From positions 1 to 63,588 of IMG/VR virus record IMGVR_UViG_3300017700_001004: 63,588 nucleotides of DNA; one strand, 5' to 3'. This document shows positions 19,176 through 28,052 of this stretch, piece after piece. How positions within the stretch are numbered: the first letter of the stretch is position 1; every line of letters starts with the position of its first letter. Source of the stretch: a virus. Lineage: Duplodnaviria > Caudoviricetes. The notes under the pieces are model-generated. The model saw nothing but the letters and a program-made list of their open reading frames with translations, ran no database searches and was not told the origin of the DNA. The position numbers and the translations under genes were made by a program.

Positions 19176-19943
19176 ATGTCTGAGGACACAATCATCCGCC
19201 GAGTCCGCGCCCTGCTGGCGAAGGCGAAGAGCACCGACAACGAGCACGAGGCTGCGGCCTTCGCCGCGAAGGCAGCCGAGATGCTGCAGACCCACAACCT
19301 CGACCTCGCCTCGATCGAGCGCAGCGCCGGAGAGCAGGGCGAGGCGGTCTCGGAGGTCAGGCTCAACTGGCGCTACTGCGATCCCTGGAGGAAGAGCATC
19401 GCCCGCGCATGCGCCGAGCTCTACTTCTGCAAGATCTATCGCCACCACATCGTCGAGCAGAACAAGAAGGGGACCTGGACCTACCGCTGGGGGATCACCA
19501 TCGTCGGGAAGCCCCACAATGCCGCCGTCGCGGAGTCCATGATCGAGTACCTGATCGGCACGACGCTTCGCCTGATGCGCGAGTACAGCTCAGTCCGCGC
19601 CGAGCAGCTGCCCTTCGCCCGTGGCTGCGGCGAGCGCCTCGCCGCCCGGCTCCGCGAGATGGAGCGAGAGGCCAAGAGGAAGTCCGCAGCGGCCACCGGT
19701 CACGCCACCGTCCGCGCCGCCGAGGAGGCTGGCTCCGGCAACCTCCCCGCCCTCTACAAGACCGAGCTGGAGCTCGTCGAGAGCCACATGGAGACGCTCG
19801 GTCTGGAGAAGGGACGGCGCTCCGCCGGGTCCGACCTCTCGGGCCACCACGCAGCCGAGGGCATCGCCGCCGGCAACACCGTCAGCCTCGCTCCTCAGGT
19901 GGGCGACGGCACCTGCACCTCGAGGATGCTCTCTCATGGCTGA
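19176..19943 (+). CDS. DUF2786-like protein
   Basis: RRVRALLAKA.STDNEHEA.AFAAKA.EML..HNL; preceded by TTGCCT-17-TATGGT. Confidence 0.8.
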   Translation: MSEDTIIRRVRALLAKAKSTDNEHEAAAFAAKAAEMLQTHNLDLASIERSAGEQGEAVSEVRLNWRYCDPWRKSIARACAELYFCKIYRHHIVEQNKKGTWTYRWGITIVGKPHNAAVAESMIEYLIGTTLRLMREYSSVRAEQLPFARGCGERLAARLREMEREAKRKSAAATGHATVRAAEEAGSGNLPALYKTELELVESHMETLGLEKGRRSAGSDLSGHHAAEGIAAGNTVSLAPQVGDGTCTSRMLSHG

Positions 19944-20319
19944 CCCCATTCTTCGTCTCATCGAGCTCGCCGAGCGCCTGACTCCCAGCGGAGTCATCGG
20001 CGACGGCATGGTCGCCACCTTCCACGAGACTGCCACTCTGGCCCGCCTCGCCCACATGGGCGGGGGAGGCTCTCGCGCACTCGCTCTCGTCGCCGAGATG
20101 GAGTGGAGTGGTGTCCGCCACGGGCAGGGGTCCGGGCCTCACGGCTCTGGCTCCGATGGGCATCCCTACGACGCATGCCCCCGGTGCGGAGGCCTCCGCG
20201 AGCCGAGCGGTGAGTTCGTCTCCAGCGCCGTCGGGCACCGCCCCGGCTGCCCCATTGCCGACGTCCTCGGACGGGAGACCGTCATCGAGCCGGGCGAGAC
20301 TGGGAGGCTGGCGCTGTGA
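19936..20319 (+). CDS. Hypothetical protein with CPRC..H...C motif
   Basis: Overlapping coupled ORF. Confidence 0.55.
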   Translation: MADPILRLIELAERLTPSGVIGDGMVATFHETATLARLAHMGGGGSRALALVAEMEWSGVRHGQGSGPHGSGSDGHPYDACPRCGGLREPSGEFVSSAVGHRPGCPIADVLGRETVIEPGETGRLAL

Positions 20320-20678
20320 GCAGGCAGAAGATCACCACCGAGCGCTGCGCCGACTACTGCGGCCATCCCTCCTGCAACAAGGTGTGGCTGGTCGGCATGG
20401 GCAGCTTTGTCCAGGGCTCAGGCTTCACGCCCGAGGAGGCAGAGGAGATTGTCCACGCGGTCAACTCCCGCCGCCGGGCAGGGCACGTCAACTACATCGT
20501 GGACGATGGAGGACACCACTACAGGGTCACGCTGACTCAGTACGGGCGCTGCCTCGGCGTCTGGCGCCAGATGCTCCACGGCGAGACCTTCGTCTCTCCC
20601 ACGCTCAGGCGCGGTCGCCACCTCGCCCGCCTCGCCCTGAGGCAGCACGTGGCAGCAGGAGGACGGGCCGATGTCTGA
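20316..20678 (+). CDS. Hypothetical protein
   Basis: GTGA coupling. Confidence 0.5.
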   Translation: MSRQKITTERCADYCGHPSCNKVWLVGMGSFVQGSGFTPEEAEEIVHAVNSRRRAGHVNYIVDDGGHHYRVTLTQYGRCLGVWRQMLHGETFVSPTLRRGRHLARLALRQHVAAGGRADV

Positions 20679-20898
20679 CTGGGACCGCGTCTGCAACGAC
20701 ACGTTCGAGGGCAGGCTGACCGGGAACGCTCAGCATGCTCGCGACTGTCGGGACACACCGCTCGAGGCCGACGCCATCCTGGACCTCGTCGTCTCCAATC
20801 TTGGCTACTATGGCGATCCGTACTGCCGACCCCTCACGGACCCGGTGGACTGGCGGGTCGCCGAGTACTACGCCAGCATCGGGAAGGCCCAGCCATGA
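20671..20898 (+). CDS. Hypothetical protein
   Basis: GGAGG RBS. Confidence 0.5.
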   Translation: MSDWDRVCNDTFEGRLTGNAQHARDCRDTPLEADAILDLVVSNLGYYGDPYCRPLTDPVDWRVAEYYASIGKAQP

Positions 20899-21137
20899 GA
20901 AGAGTCACCCGCGTCCAGACCAGAGACGGAGTTCTCCACAACAGCGAGCACGAGGCCCGCGCCTACTGCGAGCGGAAGGTGGGGCCTCTCCTCACGAGCC
21001 ACGCCCACAGGCTCGTGCACCTGGACAAGTACAGCCAGATCCTCTCCCACCTGGAGGAGGCCCTTCCCGACTTCGTACTCGCCGCCCGCTGGCGGGCCGA
21101 GGCGACCGAGCCAATGGAGAACGACGATGACGACTGA
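20895..21137 (+). CDS. Hypothetical protein
   Basis: ATGA coupling. Confidence 0.5.
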   Translation: MRRVTRVQTRDGVLHNSEHEARAYCERKVGPLLTSHAHRLVHLDKYSQILSHLEEALPDFVLAARWRAEATEPMENDDDD

Positions 21138-21339
21138 GGGCCTCTTCCCGTCCGACCTCTGGCAGCGGGAGCCGATCAGGGGACAGATGTTCATCTGGGC
21201 CTACTGGGACGACATCAAGCAGACATGGGCATCAGGCCTCGGATACTGGAACGTGTCCGGCGGATGGTCGGACGCATACGGACGTCCTCCCAGACAGGCT
21301 GACTGGTTCCATCCAATGCCGGAGCCGCCCCGTGGCTAA
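21127..21339 (+). CDS. Trp-rich small protein (DUF551-like C-terminus WFHPMPEPP)
   Basis: C-terminal motif. Confidence 0.5.
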   Translation: MTTEGLFPSDLWQREPIRGQMFIWAYWDDIKQTWASGLGYWNVSGGWSDAYGRPPRQADWFHPMPEPPRG

Positions 21340-21706
21340 GGTCATCCGAGCAGTGGTAGAGGTCGGCGTCCCCGACAGCATCACCGAGAAGCGGCTGGTC
21401 CAGAAGCTGAGGGAGATCCTCCGCTACCCGATCCAGCTTGGACACACGGGGGATCGCGACACGCTTCGTCGGGCCGAGGTCAAGTCGTACTCTCGGGTCC
21501 GGGCCGCTGGCGTTCGCGCCTCGTGGTCGCGGAGTCAGGCCCCGAGGGCTGGCGACGTTGCCTTCTCCTCGGGCTGGGACGTCTCGGCCAACCCCCACGA
21601 CCCGGCCACCGTCGACGCCATGAGGTGGACGAGCGACTGGTGGCGAGCCAACGCCGACGCCTTCGAGGATCACGTACACGGACACGAGGAGGATCCATCA
21701 GCATGA
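21332..21706 (+). CDS. Hypothetical protein
   Basis: Coupled ORF. Confidence 0.5.
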   Translation: MAKVIRAVVEVGVPDSITEKRLVQKLREILRYPIQLGHTGDRDTLRRAEVKSYSRVRAAGVRASWSRSQAPRAGDVAFSSGWDVSANPHDPATVDAMRWTSDWWRANADAFEDHVHGHEEDPSA

Positions 21707-21882
21707 GTGAAGACGCCATCCGAGCAGCCCGCATGATGCAGTCGGCAGCCGACGACATGCTCCAGGCAGCCCGCAACATCCAGGGATCCGTCGATCAGAT
21801 GCAGCGCATCCTCGATCAGGCCAGCTGCGACGGGGCCTCCCTCGTCAGCAGGCTCGAGGAGATCGCGAGGAAGAGGACATGA
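21703..21882 (+). CDS. Small coiled-coil protein
   Basis: ATGA coupling; GAGGAGG RBS. Confidence 0.5.
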   Translation: MSEDAIRAARMMQSAADDMLQAARNIQGSVDQMQRILDQASCDGASLVSRLEEIARKRT

Positions 21883-22142
21883 CCTGCAAGCCAGACGCCC
21901 GCCGGGCATGGGACGACATTCCTCTGCAGCTGGGCGAGGTGCTCACCTGCGAGCAGGGCATTCGCCATGTCTTCATTGGCTGGCGCTCCAACAGCGTCGG
22001 CCCGTTCCCCGTCTTCGTCAAGGAGCAGATCGGAGAGATCGCCCGCGACGGGTGGGCGAACACCGTCCACATCTACAAGGCCTCGGTGACCGAGACAGTC
22101 GTCCGGAAGTTCCCCGAGCTGGCAGCGAGGGTCCGACCGTGA
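21879..22142 (+). CDS. Hypothetical protein
   Basis: ATGA coupling. Confidence 0.5.
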   Translation: MTCKPDARRAWDDIPLQLGEVLTCEQGIRHVFIGWRSNSVGPFPVFVKEQIGEIARDGWANTVHIYKASVTETVVRKFPELAARVRP

Positions 22143-22414
22143 CCGTTCTCTTCGTCGATGGCTTCGACCAGTACACGAGCGGGGCGCTCGTTCTCCACTT
22201 CCCGAGGCACAAGCTCTACAGGTGTCCTCCGGAGTGCGAGGGCTGCTACGTGTGCCGTGGGGGCCTGACCTCCTGCGTCCGCTGCGGCGGGGCCGAGGCC
22301 TCCCTCCCGACCGACTGCCCCGGCCATCAGATCGATCACGGGACACAGGACGACATCGCCGCCGGTCTCGTCGACTATCGCTGGCGCGAGGGCGGCTGGG
22401 TCCGGAGGACGTAG
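22139..22414 (+). CDS. Cys-rich small protein (CxxC pairs, GGAEASLPTDCPG)
   Basis: GTGA coupling; multiple Cys pairs. Confidence 0.6.
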   Translation: MTVLFVDGFDQYTSGALVLHFPRHKLYRCPPECEGCYVCRGGLTSCVRCGGAEASLPTDCPGHQIDHGTQDDIAAGLVDYRWREGGWVRRT

Positions 22415-22425
22415 CGGCCCACGGG

Positions 22426-22454
22426 TTTACATGTGGCGGGGCGGGGGCTATAGT
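22426..22454 (+). promoter_or_regulatory. Early promoter TTTACA-17-TATAGT
   Basis: Recurrent motif, near consensus. Confidence 0.75.
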
Positions 22455-22531
22455 CACAGCCCTGCCGAGAGGAGACACACATGACAGCATCGCGTCCCCA
22501 ACGCCCCTGAGGCGCTGAGAAGGAGAATCAC

Positions 22532-22762
22532 TTGACACACTACACCGACAGAGTTCACGCCATTCGCATGCGCGGGACGTCGGACTTCGCCTTCGAGCAG
22601 GACGACGGCACGATGGGCTTTGCGCCCCTCTGCGCCCGGACGCTCTTCTTCGACCCGGAGTCGGACGACGAGGCCATCGCCTCGCACATGTCCGCTGCCC
22701 CCGGTGGGCATGAGGCGGTGGAGGAGGTCGCGCTGGACAGGGCCATCACCCTGATCGGCTAG
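22532..22762 (+). CDS. Hypothetical protein
   Basis: AAGGAG RBS before TTG. Confidence 0.55.
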   Translation: MTHYTDRVHAIRMRGTSDFAFEQDDGTMGFAPLCARTLFFDPESDDEAIASHMSAAPGGHEAVEEVALDRAITLIG

Positions 22763-22770
22763 GCCCCGGC

Positions 22771-22809
22771 AGGCCCCGTGGCAGAAATGTTGCGGGGCCT
22801 GCTGCTTTT
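22771..22809 (+). terminator. Intrinsic terminator
   Basis: aggccccg...cggggcct followed by gctgctttt. Confidence 0.6.
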
Positions 22810-22812
22810 CAC

Positions 22813-22841
22813 TTTACAATTGCATGGGTCGCCTGTATGGA
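22813..22841 (+). promoter_or_regulatory. Early promoter TTTACA-17-TATGGA
   Basis: Recurrent motif. Confidence 0.7.
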
Positions 22842-22872
22842 GAGTGGGTCAACACCGCTGAGGAGACCCACC

Positions 22873-23244
22873 ATGACCAAGACCCGCATCCAACTCCACA
22901 CCAACACCGATGGCTCCGTGACTGTGTACGTCGGCGGCAAGAAGGCATTCCGAGGCACCGCCGCCGAGGCAGCCGCCTTCTCGCCCGAGGCGACCAGCAC
23001 CCCCGACCAGCTCCTGACCGCCACCAGCTACAAGCTGTTCTGCGACCTCGCCAACGACGCGGGCAACTGGAGCGGCGAGCCGATGCTCGGCGGAAACGTC
23101 GGCAGCGACGCGGCTCTTCGCGGCAACATCGCCGACCTCAAGAAGAAGGGCCTCATCACCACCTTCCGCGACGAGGGCTGCACCTTCGTGCAGTTCACCG
23201 ACGCCGGTGTCGCCTATGCCGCCAGCCTCGGCATCACCCTCTGA
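22873..23244 (+). CDS. Shared N-terminal module plus winged-helix-like domain
   Basis: NTDGSVTVYVGGKKAFRG; RGNIADLKKKGLI..VQFTDAG resembles a wHTH. Confidence 0.7.
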   Translation: MTKTRIQLHTNTDGSVTVYVGGKKAFRGTAAEAAAFSPEATSTPDQLLTATSYKLFCDLANDAGNWSGEPMLGGNVGSDAALRGNIADLKKKGLITTFRDEGCTFVQFTDAGVAYAASLGITL

Positions 23245-23295
23245 CCACCGGGCCGGGGCCAGCGCCCCGGCCACCCACCGCCGAGGAGACACAGC

Positions 23296-23523
23296 ATGGC
23301 AAGACAGGATGTGGCAGGAGCCGTCGCCGACGCCCTAGTCGAGATGGGCGTGGAGCACGTGGCCATCGACCGCAGGAGGAGCCACCCTCGCGTCCTCTGG
23401 GAGGACAGGGGCGGCACCCTCCGGGGCATCGTCACGTGCCCCGGCTCCGCGAGCGACCGGCGCTCCATGATCAACTGCGTCATGACGGCCCGCCGCATGG
23501 TGCGGCAGGCGAGGGGCGACTAG
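23296..23523 (+). CDS. HicA-like small protein
   Basis: SHPRV..IVTCPGSASDRRS..N pattern; GAGGAG RBS. Confidence 0.5.
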   Translation: MARQDVAGAVADALVEMGVEHVAIDRRRSHPRVLWEDRGGTLRGIVTCPGSASDRRSMINCVMTARRMVRQARGD

Positions 23524-23966
23524 CGCCGCCCGATCACCCAGTCCGTCAGGGTCGACTGAACGAGGTCCCAGTCCCAGAGGCTGGGGCCTCCCTCCATGTG
23601 GAGGACCGGCGGTGCGGCGAGCAGGCCCTCGGCCCTCAGGACCGCAGCATCCCACCCCTCGTGCATCCACAGCTCGTCCACCGCCGGGCCGAGCCGAGGC
23701 CCGCCCTCGTGCCTGCGGCGAGTGGCCACGAAGACCCGGCCCCCGGCCCGCATCCGCCTCAGGATCCAGCCCACCTGCTCCGGCTCCAGCCCCACGGCAT
23801 GCGAGGTCGTCGCCTTCATCTCGATCCAGCCCTCGGCCCCCTGCCAGCAGAAGTTGGTGTCGGGCACCCCCCGCCCCACCACGCCGAGCTCGATCGCCTG
23901 CCAGTGGACGCGCGGCATCCTGCTGTGGAAGATGGCCCTGAGGCCGTCGTCGGGCTTTCCTGCCAT
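23520..23966 (-). CDS. PD-(D/E)xK nuclease (VRR-NUC or Holliday junction resolvase-like)
   Basis: GVPD..WIEMK..EQVGW..AGG. Confidence 0.8.
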   Translation of the reverse strand: MAGKPDDGLRAIFHSRMPRVHWQAIELGVVGRGVPDTNFCWQGAEGWIEMKATTSHAVGLEPEQVGWILRRMRAGGRVFVATRRRHEGGPRLGPAVDELWMHEGWDAAVLRAEGLLAAPPVLHMEGGPSLWDWDLVQSTLTDWVIGRR

Positions 23967-24193
23967 CACCTGTCTCCGTGGGGCGGGGGAGGGGCGTCTG
24001 TGGAGCGTGTGGACCCCGGCGACCGGCCTATGCCCCCGTCCGCTATTCTGTGCAGCTCCCTCGAGGCGGAGGCGAGATCCTCCGCCCACTGCCGAATGTC
24101 GGCCCGGCTCGCGCGCCCGTGCACCACGGCTGCGAGAGTCATTCGGCCCCCGATCTGGTTGACGACGGTCGTGAGCTGGTCAAGCGTGAGCAA
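23966..24193 (-). CDS. Hypothetical protein
   Basis: TGATG coupling to the nuclease gene. Confidence 0.45.
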   Translation of the reverse strand: MLTLDQLTTVVNQIGGRMTLAAVVHGRASRADIRQWAEDLASASRELHRIADGGIGRSPGSTRSTDAPPPPHGDR

Positions 24194-24198
24194 TTGTC

Positions 24199-24227
24199 TT
24201 TACTCCTCGCGACCATGAGCCTAGAGT
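24199..24227 (+). promoter_or_regulatory. Promoter TTTACT-17-TAGAGT
   Basis: Variant of the recurrent motif ahead of a solo + strand gene. Confidence 0.6.
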
Positions 24228-24275
24228 CGTCATGTGGGTAGCATCGCCCACGGCCATACTGCAAGGAGTGCCGCC

Positions 24276-24692
24276 ATGGCCAAGACTCTCGCTCAGCGCC
24301 TCGATGCGCTGACAAATGCCCAGCTCGCCGACGTCTACAACTCTGTCGCTGAGCGCCACGTCACCAAGTTCAGCGACCACTCGACAGCGGTCAAGCGCAC
24401 CCAGCTCGCGCTGGAGGCGGTCAGCATGGACTTCACCGTCGACGGCGACACGATCACGGTCGGACCCCTCCGGTCCCCCGGTCGCGAGGGCGACGCCCGC
24501 ATCATCACGGTGATGGTCGAGAAGAACCCGAAGACGCTCGGCTCCAAGAGCCACGCCCGCTTCGGCATGTACAAGACGGGCATGACCGTCGGTGACTACG
24601 TCGCCGCAGTCATCCGGTCGGGACGCGCCCGCCGCCTCGCCATCCGCGACATCACGTGGGATCGCGAGCACGGATACATCACGGTCGACTAG
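24276..24692 (+). CDS. Hypothetical protein with C-terminal 'NPKR.GS' domain (paralog 2)
   Basis: NPKTLGSKSHARFGMYKTGMTV..DITWDREHGYI. Confidence 0.75.
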   Translation: MAKTLAQRLDALTNAQLADVYNSVAERHVTKFSDHSTAVKRTQLALEAVSMDFTVDGDTITVGPLRSPGREGDARIITVMVEKNPKTLGSKSHARFGMYKTGMTVGDYVAAVIRSGRARRLAIRDITWDREHGYITVD

Positions 24693-24719
24693 GGAGAGGG
24701 GCCTCACCGGCCTCTCTCC
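24693..24719. terminator. Hairpin between convergent genes
   Basis: ggagagggg...cctctctcc. Confidence 0.5.
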
Positions 24720-26746
24720 ACCATTCGGACTGCCTCGCTGTAGGTGTACTTCGCGCGGCCCCAGTCCGGTCCGTGCTCGTTGTCCACGCGCACCGGCACG
24801 AGCAGGGGGACGACGTCCCTCATGATCTCCGCCGGGCGCTCGGCCTCGTGCTCCGACGAGGAGCTGAAGCAGAGCTCGTCGTGCATCTGCAGCATCGGCA
24901 GCAGCCCCTCGCGCGCGCACGCGAGCAGGGCCATCTTGGTCTGCACTGCGGCCCCGCCCTGAATGATCGAGTTGCCGGCCTTCCGCGTGTCGGCCCGGCG
25001 GAGGCGCTTGCCCCGCCACGGGTGGTCGTCCAGGGACTGCCTCTTGTGGGCCTCCTCGAGGCTGCATGGCGTCATCAGGTGACCGGCCCGGCGACCCTCC
25101 TCCCACTCCTCCTTGGGGATCCAGCTGGCCTCCCAGTCGTCGAAGCGGCGACGCCTGCCGTCGAGCAGGCGGACGTATCCCTTCCGGTCCGCCATCCCCT
25201 TCGCCTTGGCGGCGAACTCAGCGACGAACGGCAGCTTCTCGTCGTACGTCTGCATGATCTCCTGGGCCTCGTCGAGGGACAGGCCCGCCATCAGGGCGAA
25301 CTTTGGCACCCCGGCCCCGAATGCCTTGGCGAAGTTGCAGTCCTTGGCCCGCTTCCGGGTCAGGCCCGTCATCTCGACCACGAGGTTGTGGTAGTCGGCC
25401 TTCTCGTTCTCGTGATAGTACGAGACCGCCTCCTCGGAGCGCCTGAGCTCCAGCCGGGCGGCATAGTGCACGATGAGGCGATACTCCTGCTGGCTGTAGT
25501 CGGGCGCGGACCAGACGCAGCCCCGCTCCGGCACGAAGCACTCCCGGATCATGGTGCCGATGTCGACGTATCCCGGGATGTGGTCCTTGTGGTCGGGGTT
25601 GGCCTTGTCCGGCTCCGGCCTGTTCATCTGCTGGAGCGGAGGGTTGGAGTACGAGAAGCGATAGGTCCGCGTCCCGCCGTCGGCCGACCTCAGCTGGTGG
25701 ATCTCCGCGTGGAGCCTCCCCCGATCGAGGTGCTCGAGAATGTATGTGCCGATGAACTTCTCGGCTCCGTCGTGGTAGGCCCGCGCCCGCGCGATGTGCT
25801 GGGCGGCAGGGTGGGCGCAGTTCTCGAGAAACTCCTTGTCGAAGCTGCCCTGCTCGGTCTTGGCAGTGCGGGGGAACGCGATGCCGAGCTCAGTGAATGT
25901 GTGCTCGAGCCAGCGAGGCGAGCGGACGTCGTCGATGGTGAGCTCTCGGCGCGAGCTCAGCTTGCTCTTGAGCTCCGCCAGCTCCCGGCGGGCGTGGCCA
26001 CGGAGAAGCTCCTGGTTCTGCTCCGCCCGGTCGATGCTGATGGGGATGCCGCGCGTCCTCATCTCGAGAACGTGTGGCGTCAGCTCGCACTCGAGATCGT
26101 ACGCAGCCATCAGGCCGTTGGTCTCGAGCTGCGGGATCATGCGCCTCGCGGCCTCCAGGGTCGCCACAGCGTCCTGCTCCGCGTAGGGGCCGACGTAGCG
26201 GGCGGGCAGCTGCCAGAGGAACTCCTTGACGCGTCTCGGGTTGCCACCGTGGGTGATCACCGCCTCGCGGAGGAGGGCCTCGTCCTTGCCCTCGATGCCC
26301 TGCCACGCGCAGATTGAGTCGAGGTCGTAGGCCGGTCGGTTCTCGTCCAGGAGGACCGCCATCGTGTGCGTGTCGTGGGGCCGCATCGGGCGGATGCCCG
26401 TCCAGCCCATGTCGTACGGACCGTTCTGGAAGACCACGTGGCATCGGCGGCACAGATCCCCCAGCCACGCGACGACGATGTCGTGGTCGAAGCATGCGGG
26501 CGTGTCCGGATGGCGGATGGGGGCATAGCCCGACCCACCGTCCCACGCCCACGACACTCCGCAGAGCCAGCCATCCCGGTGGACCCAGCCCGGCCCTACG
26601 CCACGCTGCAGGCCCCGGTCGTTCGTCTCCGTGTCGATGGCAATCCATGCCCCGTCCGGCACCACCGGAAGGGACGTCGGAGCCTGCCACTCGGAGTCCG
26701 GCTTGAAGAGGTCGTGCTGTCCAACTCCGTACTGGGGACGCGCCAT
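24704..26746 (-). CDS. polA: Family A DNA polymerase with 3'-5' exonuclease domain
   Basis: IDTET, QNGPYD, YAEQDA; PDYSQQEYR (motif A), RKRAKDCNFAKAFG (B), QMHDE (C). Confidence 0.95.
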   Translation of the reverse strand: MARPQYGVGQHDLFKPDSEWQAPTSLPVVPDGAWIAIDTETNDRGLQRGVGPGWVHRDGWLCGVSWAWDGGSGYAPIRHPDTPACFDHDIVVAWLGDLCRRCHVVFQNGPYDMGWTGIRPMRPHDTHTMAVLLDENRPAYDLDSICAWQGIEGKDEALLREAVITHGGNPRRVKEFLWQLPARYVGPYAEQDAVATLEAARRMIPQLETNGLMAAYDLECELTPHVLEMRTRGIPISIDRAEQNQELLRGHARRELAELKSKLSSRRELTIDDVRSPRWLEHTFTELGIAFPRTAKTEQGSFDKEFLENCAHPAAQHIARARAYHDGAEKFIGTYILEHLDRGRLHAEIHQLRSADGGTRTYRFSYSNPPLQQMNRPEPDKANPDHKDHIPGYVDIGTMIRECFVPERGCVWSAPDYSQQEYRLIVHYAARLELRRSEEAVSYYHENEKADYHNLVVEMTGLTRKRAKDCNFAKAFGAGVPKFALMAGLSLDEAQEIMQTYDEKLPFVAEFAAKAKGMADRKGYVRLLDGRRRRFDDWEASWIPKEEWEEGRRAGHLMTPCSLEEAHKRQSLDDHPWRGKRLRRADTRKAGNSIIQGGAAVQTKMALLACAREGLLPMLQMHDELCFSSSSEHEAERPAEIMRDVVPLLVPVRVDNEHGPDWGRAKYTYSEAVRMVERGR

Positions 26747-27444
26747 CAGTCCAGCTCCGCCTCCAGCCCGAGCTCCCTCGCAACCTCGAGAACACGTGTG
26801 CGGAAGAGCCTCACACGGTCCTCCAGGGGCGCGGGCGGGGCGGCGGTAGGGGCCGGGGCCTCGGCAGCGTCCACAGAGCTCTCCACGGGCGCTCGACCGA
26901 CGGGCGGAGGCGGCGGGGCGGCGCGGTCGGCGCACCCCTGCGAGCAGTAGGCCTCGCCGCCGCGCTCCCAGCGTCCGGTCAGCTCGCTCAGCGGGGTGTC
27001 GCACTGCGGGCATGCCTCCGGCTGGAGGGCGTGGTGCCCGCCGTCGTCGGGTGTTCCGGGACGAGGGTCCTCCTCCGCTGGCCACGCATACGGGGCGAGG
27101 TCGAGAGGCTCCTCCGCCCGGCGGGCCGGGCCGTGGGGACCGACGCCGAGGGCGGCGCGGGCGTGGGCCTCGATGAGGATCATGTAGTTCATGACGTCGC
27201 GGACGCAGGCAAGGGCCGAGCCGTCCTGTCCAGTGGGGTCTGCCTCGATCGCCGCGAAGATGTCTCCGCCGTGGCGAGACACGATGCCCTCGAGGCGATC
27301 CAGGGGCCGCACAACAGTGAACCACGCGCCGGGGCCACCCCTCCGCTTCCAGCTGTCGCCGTATGTCTCGGTCTTGAGACGAATGAGGCCGACCGCATCG
27401 GCGGCGACCACGTCGAGGTGGCTCATGTATCGCATGTCTGTCAC
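26746..27444 (-). CDS. Nucleotide-modification-associated domain 1 (Nmad1/DUF1599-like) with a Zn-ribbon tail
   Basis: K..TYGDSWKRRG..DRL..DVMNYMIL; CPQC..YCSQGC. Confidence 0.7.
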   Translation of the reverse strand: MTDMRYMSHLDVVAADAVGLIRLKTETYGDSWKRRGGPGAWFTVVRPLDRLEGIVSRHGGDIFAAIEADPTGQDGSALACVRDVMNYMILIEAHARAALGVGPHGPARRAEEPLDLAPYAWPAEEDPRPGTPDDGGHHALQPEACPQCDTPLSELTGRWERGGEAYCSQGCADRAAPPPPPVGRAPVESSVDAAEAPAPTAAPPAPLEDRVRLFRTRVLEVARELGLEAELD

Positions 27445-28052
27445 AGTTCCATTCCCTTCGCTGCTCTGTATCGCGCCCACCGGTCGAGGAGATACTTGGT
27501 GACCTCTGGCTCGTCGGCGTGGCCCCTGACTCGTGCCATGATCTCCCTGTCCATGGCGAGCGCCACGGGGATGCCGAACTTGTTGCCCATGAGAGTCTCC
27601 TCCATCCCCTTCTCGAGCATCTCGATCAGGTCGGCGGTCTTGATCCTCCAGCGCCAGACATCGTCGACCCACTGGGGACGAATGCCCTGATCGGACAGGG
27701 ACTCCTCCTCGAGGGCGCTGATGATCTCCTTCAGGGCCGGGTGTCGGGCCTTGTACGGATACGGGATGTCCCCCGCCCCCAGCTCACCACTGTCGTGGAA
27801 GACTGCGAACTCGGCCGCACGGGCGGGGGCGTCCGGCCAGATGGTCATGAGGATGCGGAGAACCTGCCACGTGTGCTCGGCGTTGGTCTGCTGGACCAGA
27901 ACGGGCCACGTGCTGTATCGCTTGACGGCCCCGGCGAGCCGGGCGTCTCCGCGAACCAGATCATGCAGCGCTGTTGTAGCGCCGCTCGAGCCACTCGACG
28001 CAGGCTCGGCGCCAGTCGTGTCCGGGGATGTCTCCTGCAATGCTGAGTGCAC
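27441..28052 (-). CDS. HD-domain 5'-deoxynucleotidase (YfbR-like)
   Basis: KRY..QTNAEHTW, FHDSGE..GDIPYP.K, K.AD..E. Confidence 0.85.
   Translation of the reverse strand: MHSALQETSPDTTGAEPASSGSSGATTALHDLVRGDARLAGAVKRYSTWPVLVQQTNAEHTWQVLRILMTIWPDAPARAAEFAVFHDSGELGAGDIPYPYKARHPALKEIISALEEESLSDQGIRPQWVDDVWRWRIKTADLIEMLEKGMEETLMGNKFGIPVALAMDREIMARVRGHADEPEVTKYLLDRWARYRAAKGMEL

Noticed and set aside
8506-24692. Lysogeny module (integrase, repressor, ParA)
   Set aside because: No recombinase, CI-like or partition motifs found
25290-25350. PolA motif B ending in FG instead of YG as an adaptation to modified bases
   Set aside because: A conservative substitution; no support from the sequence alone
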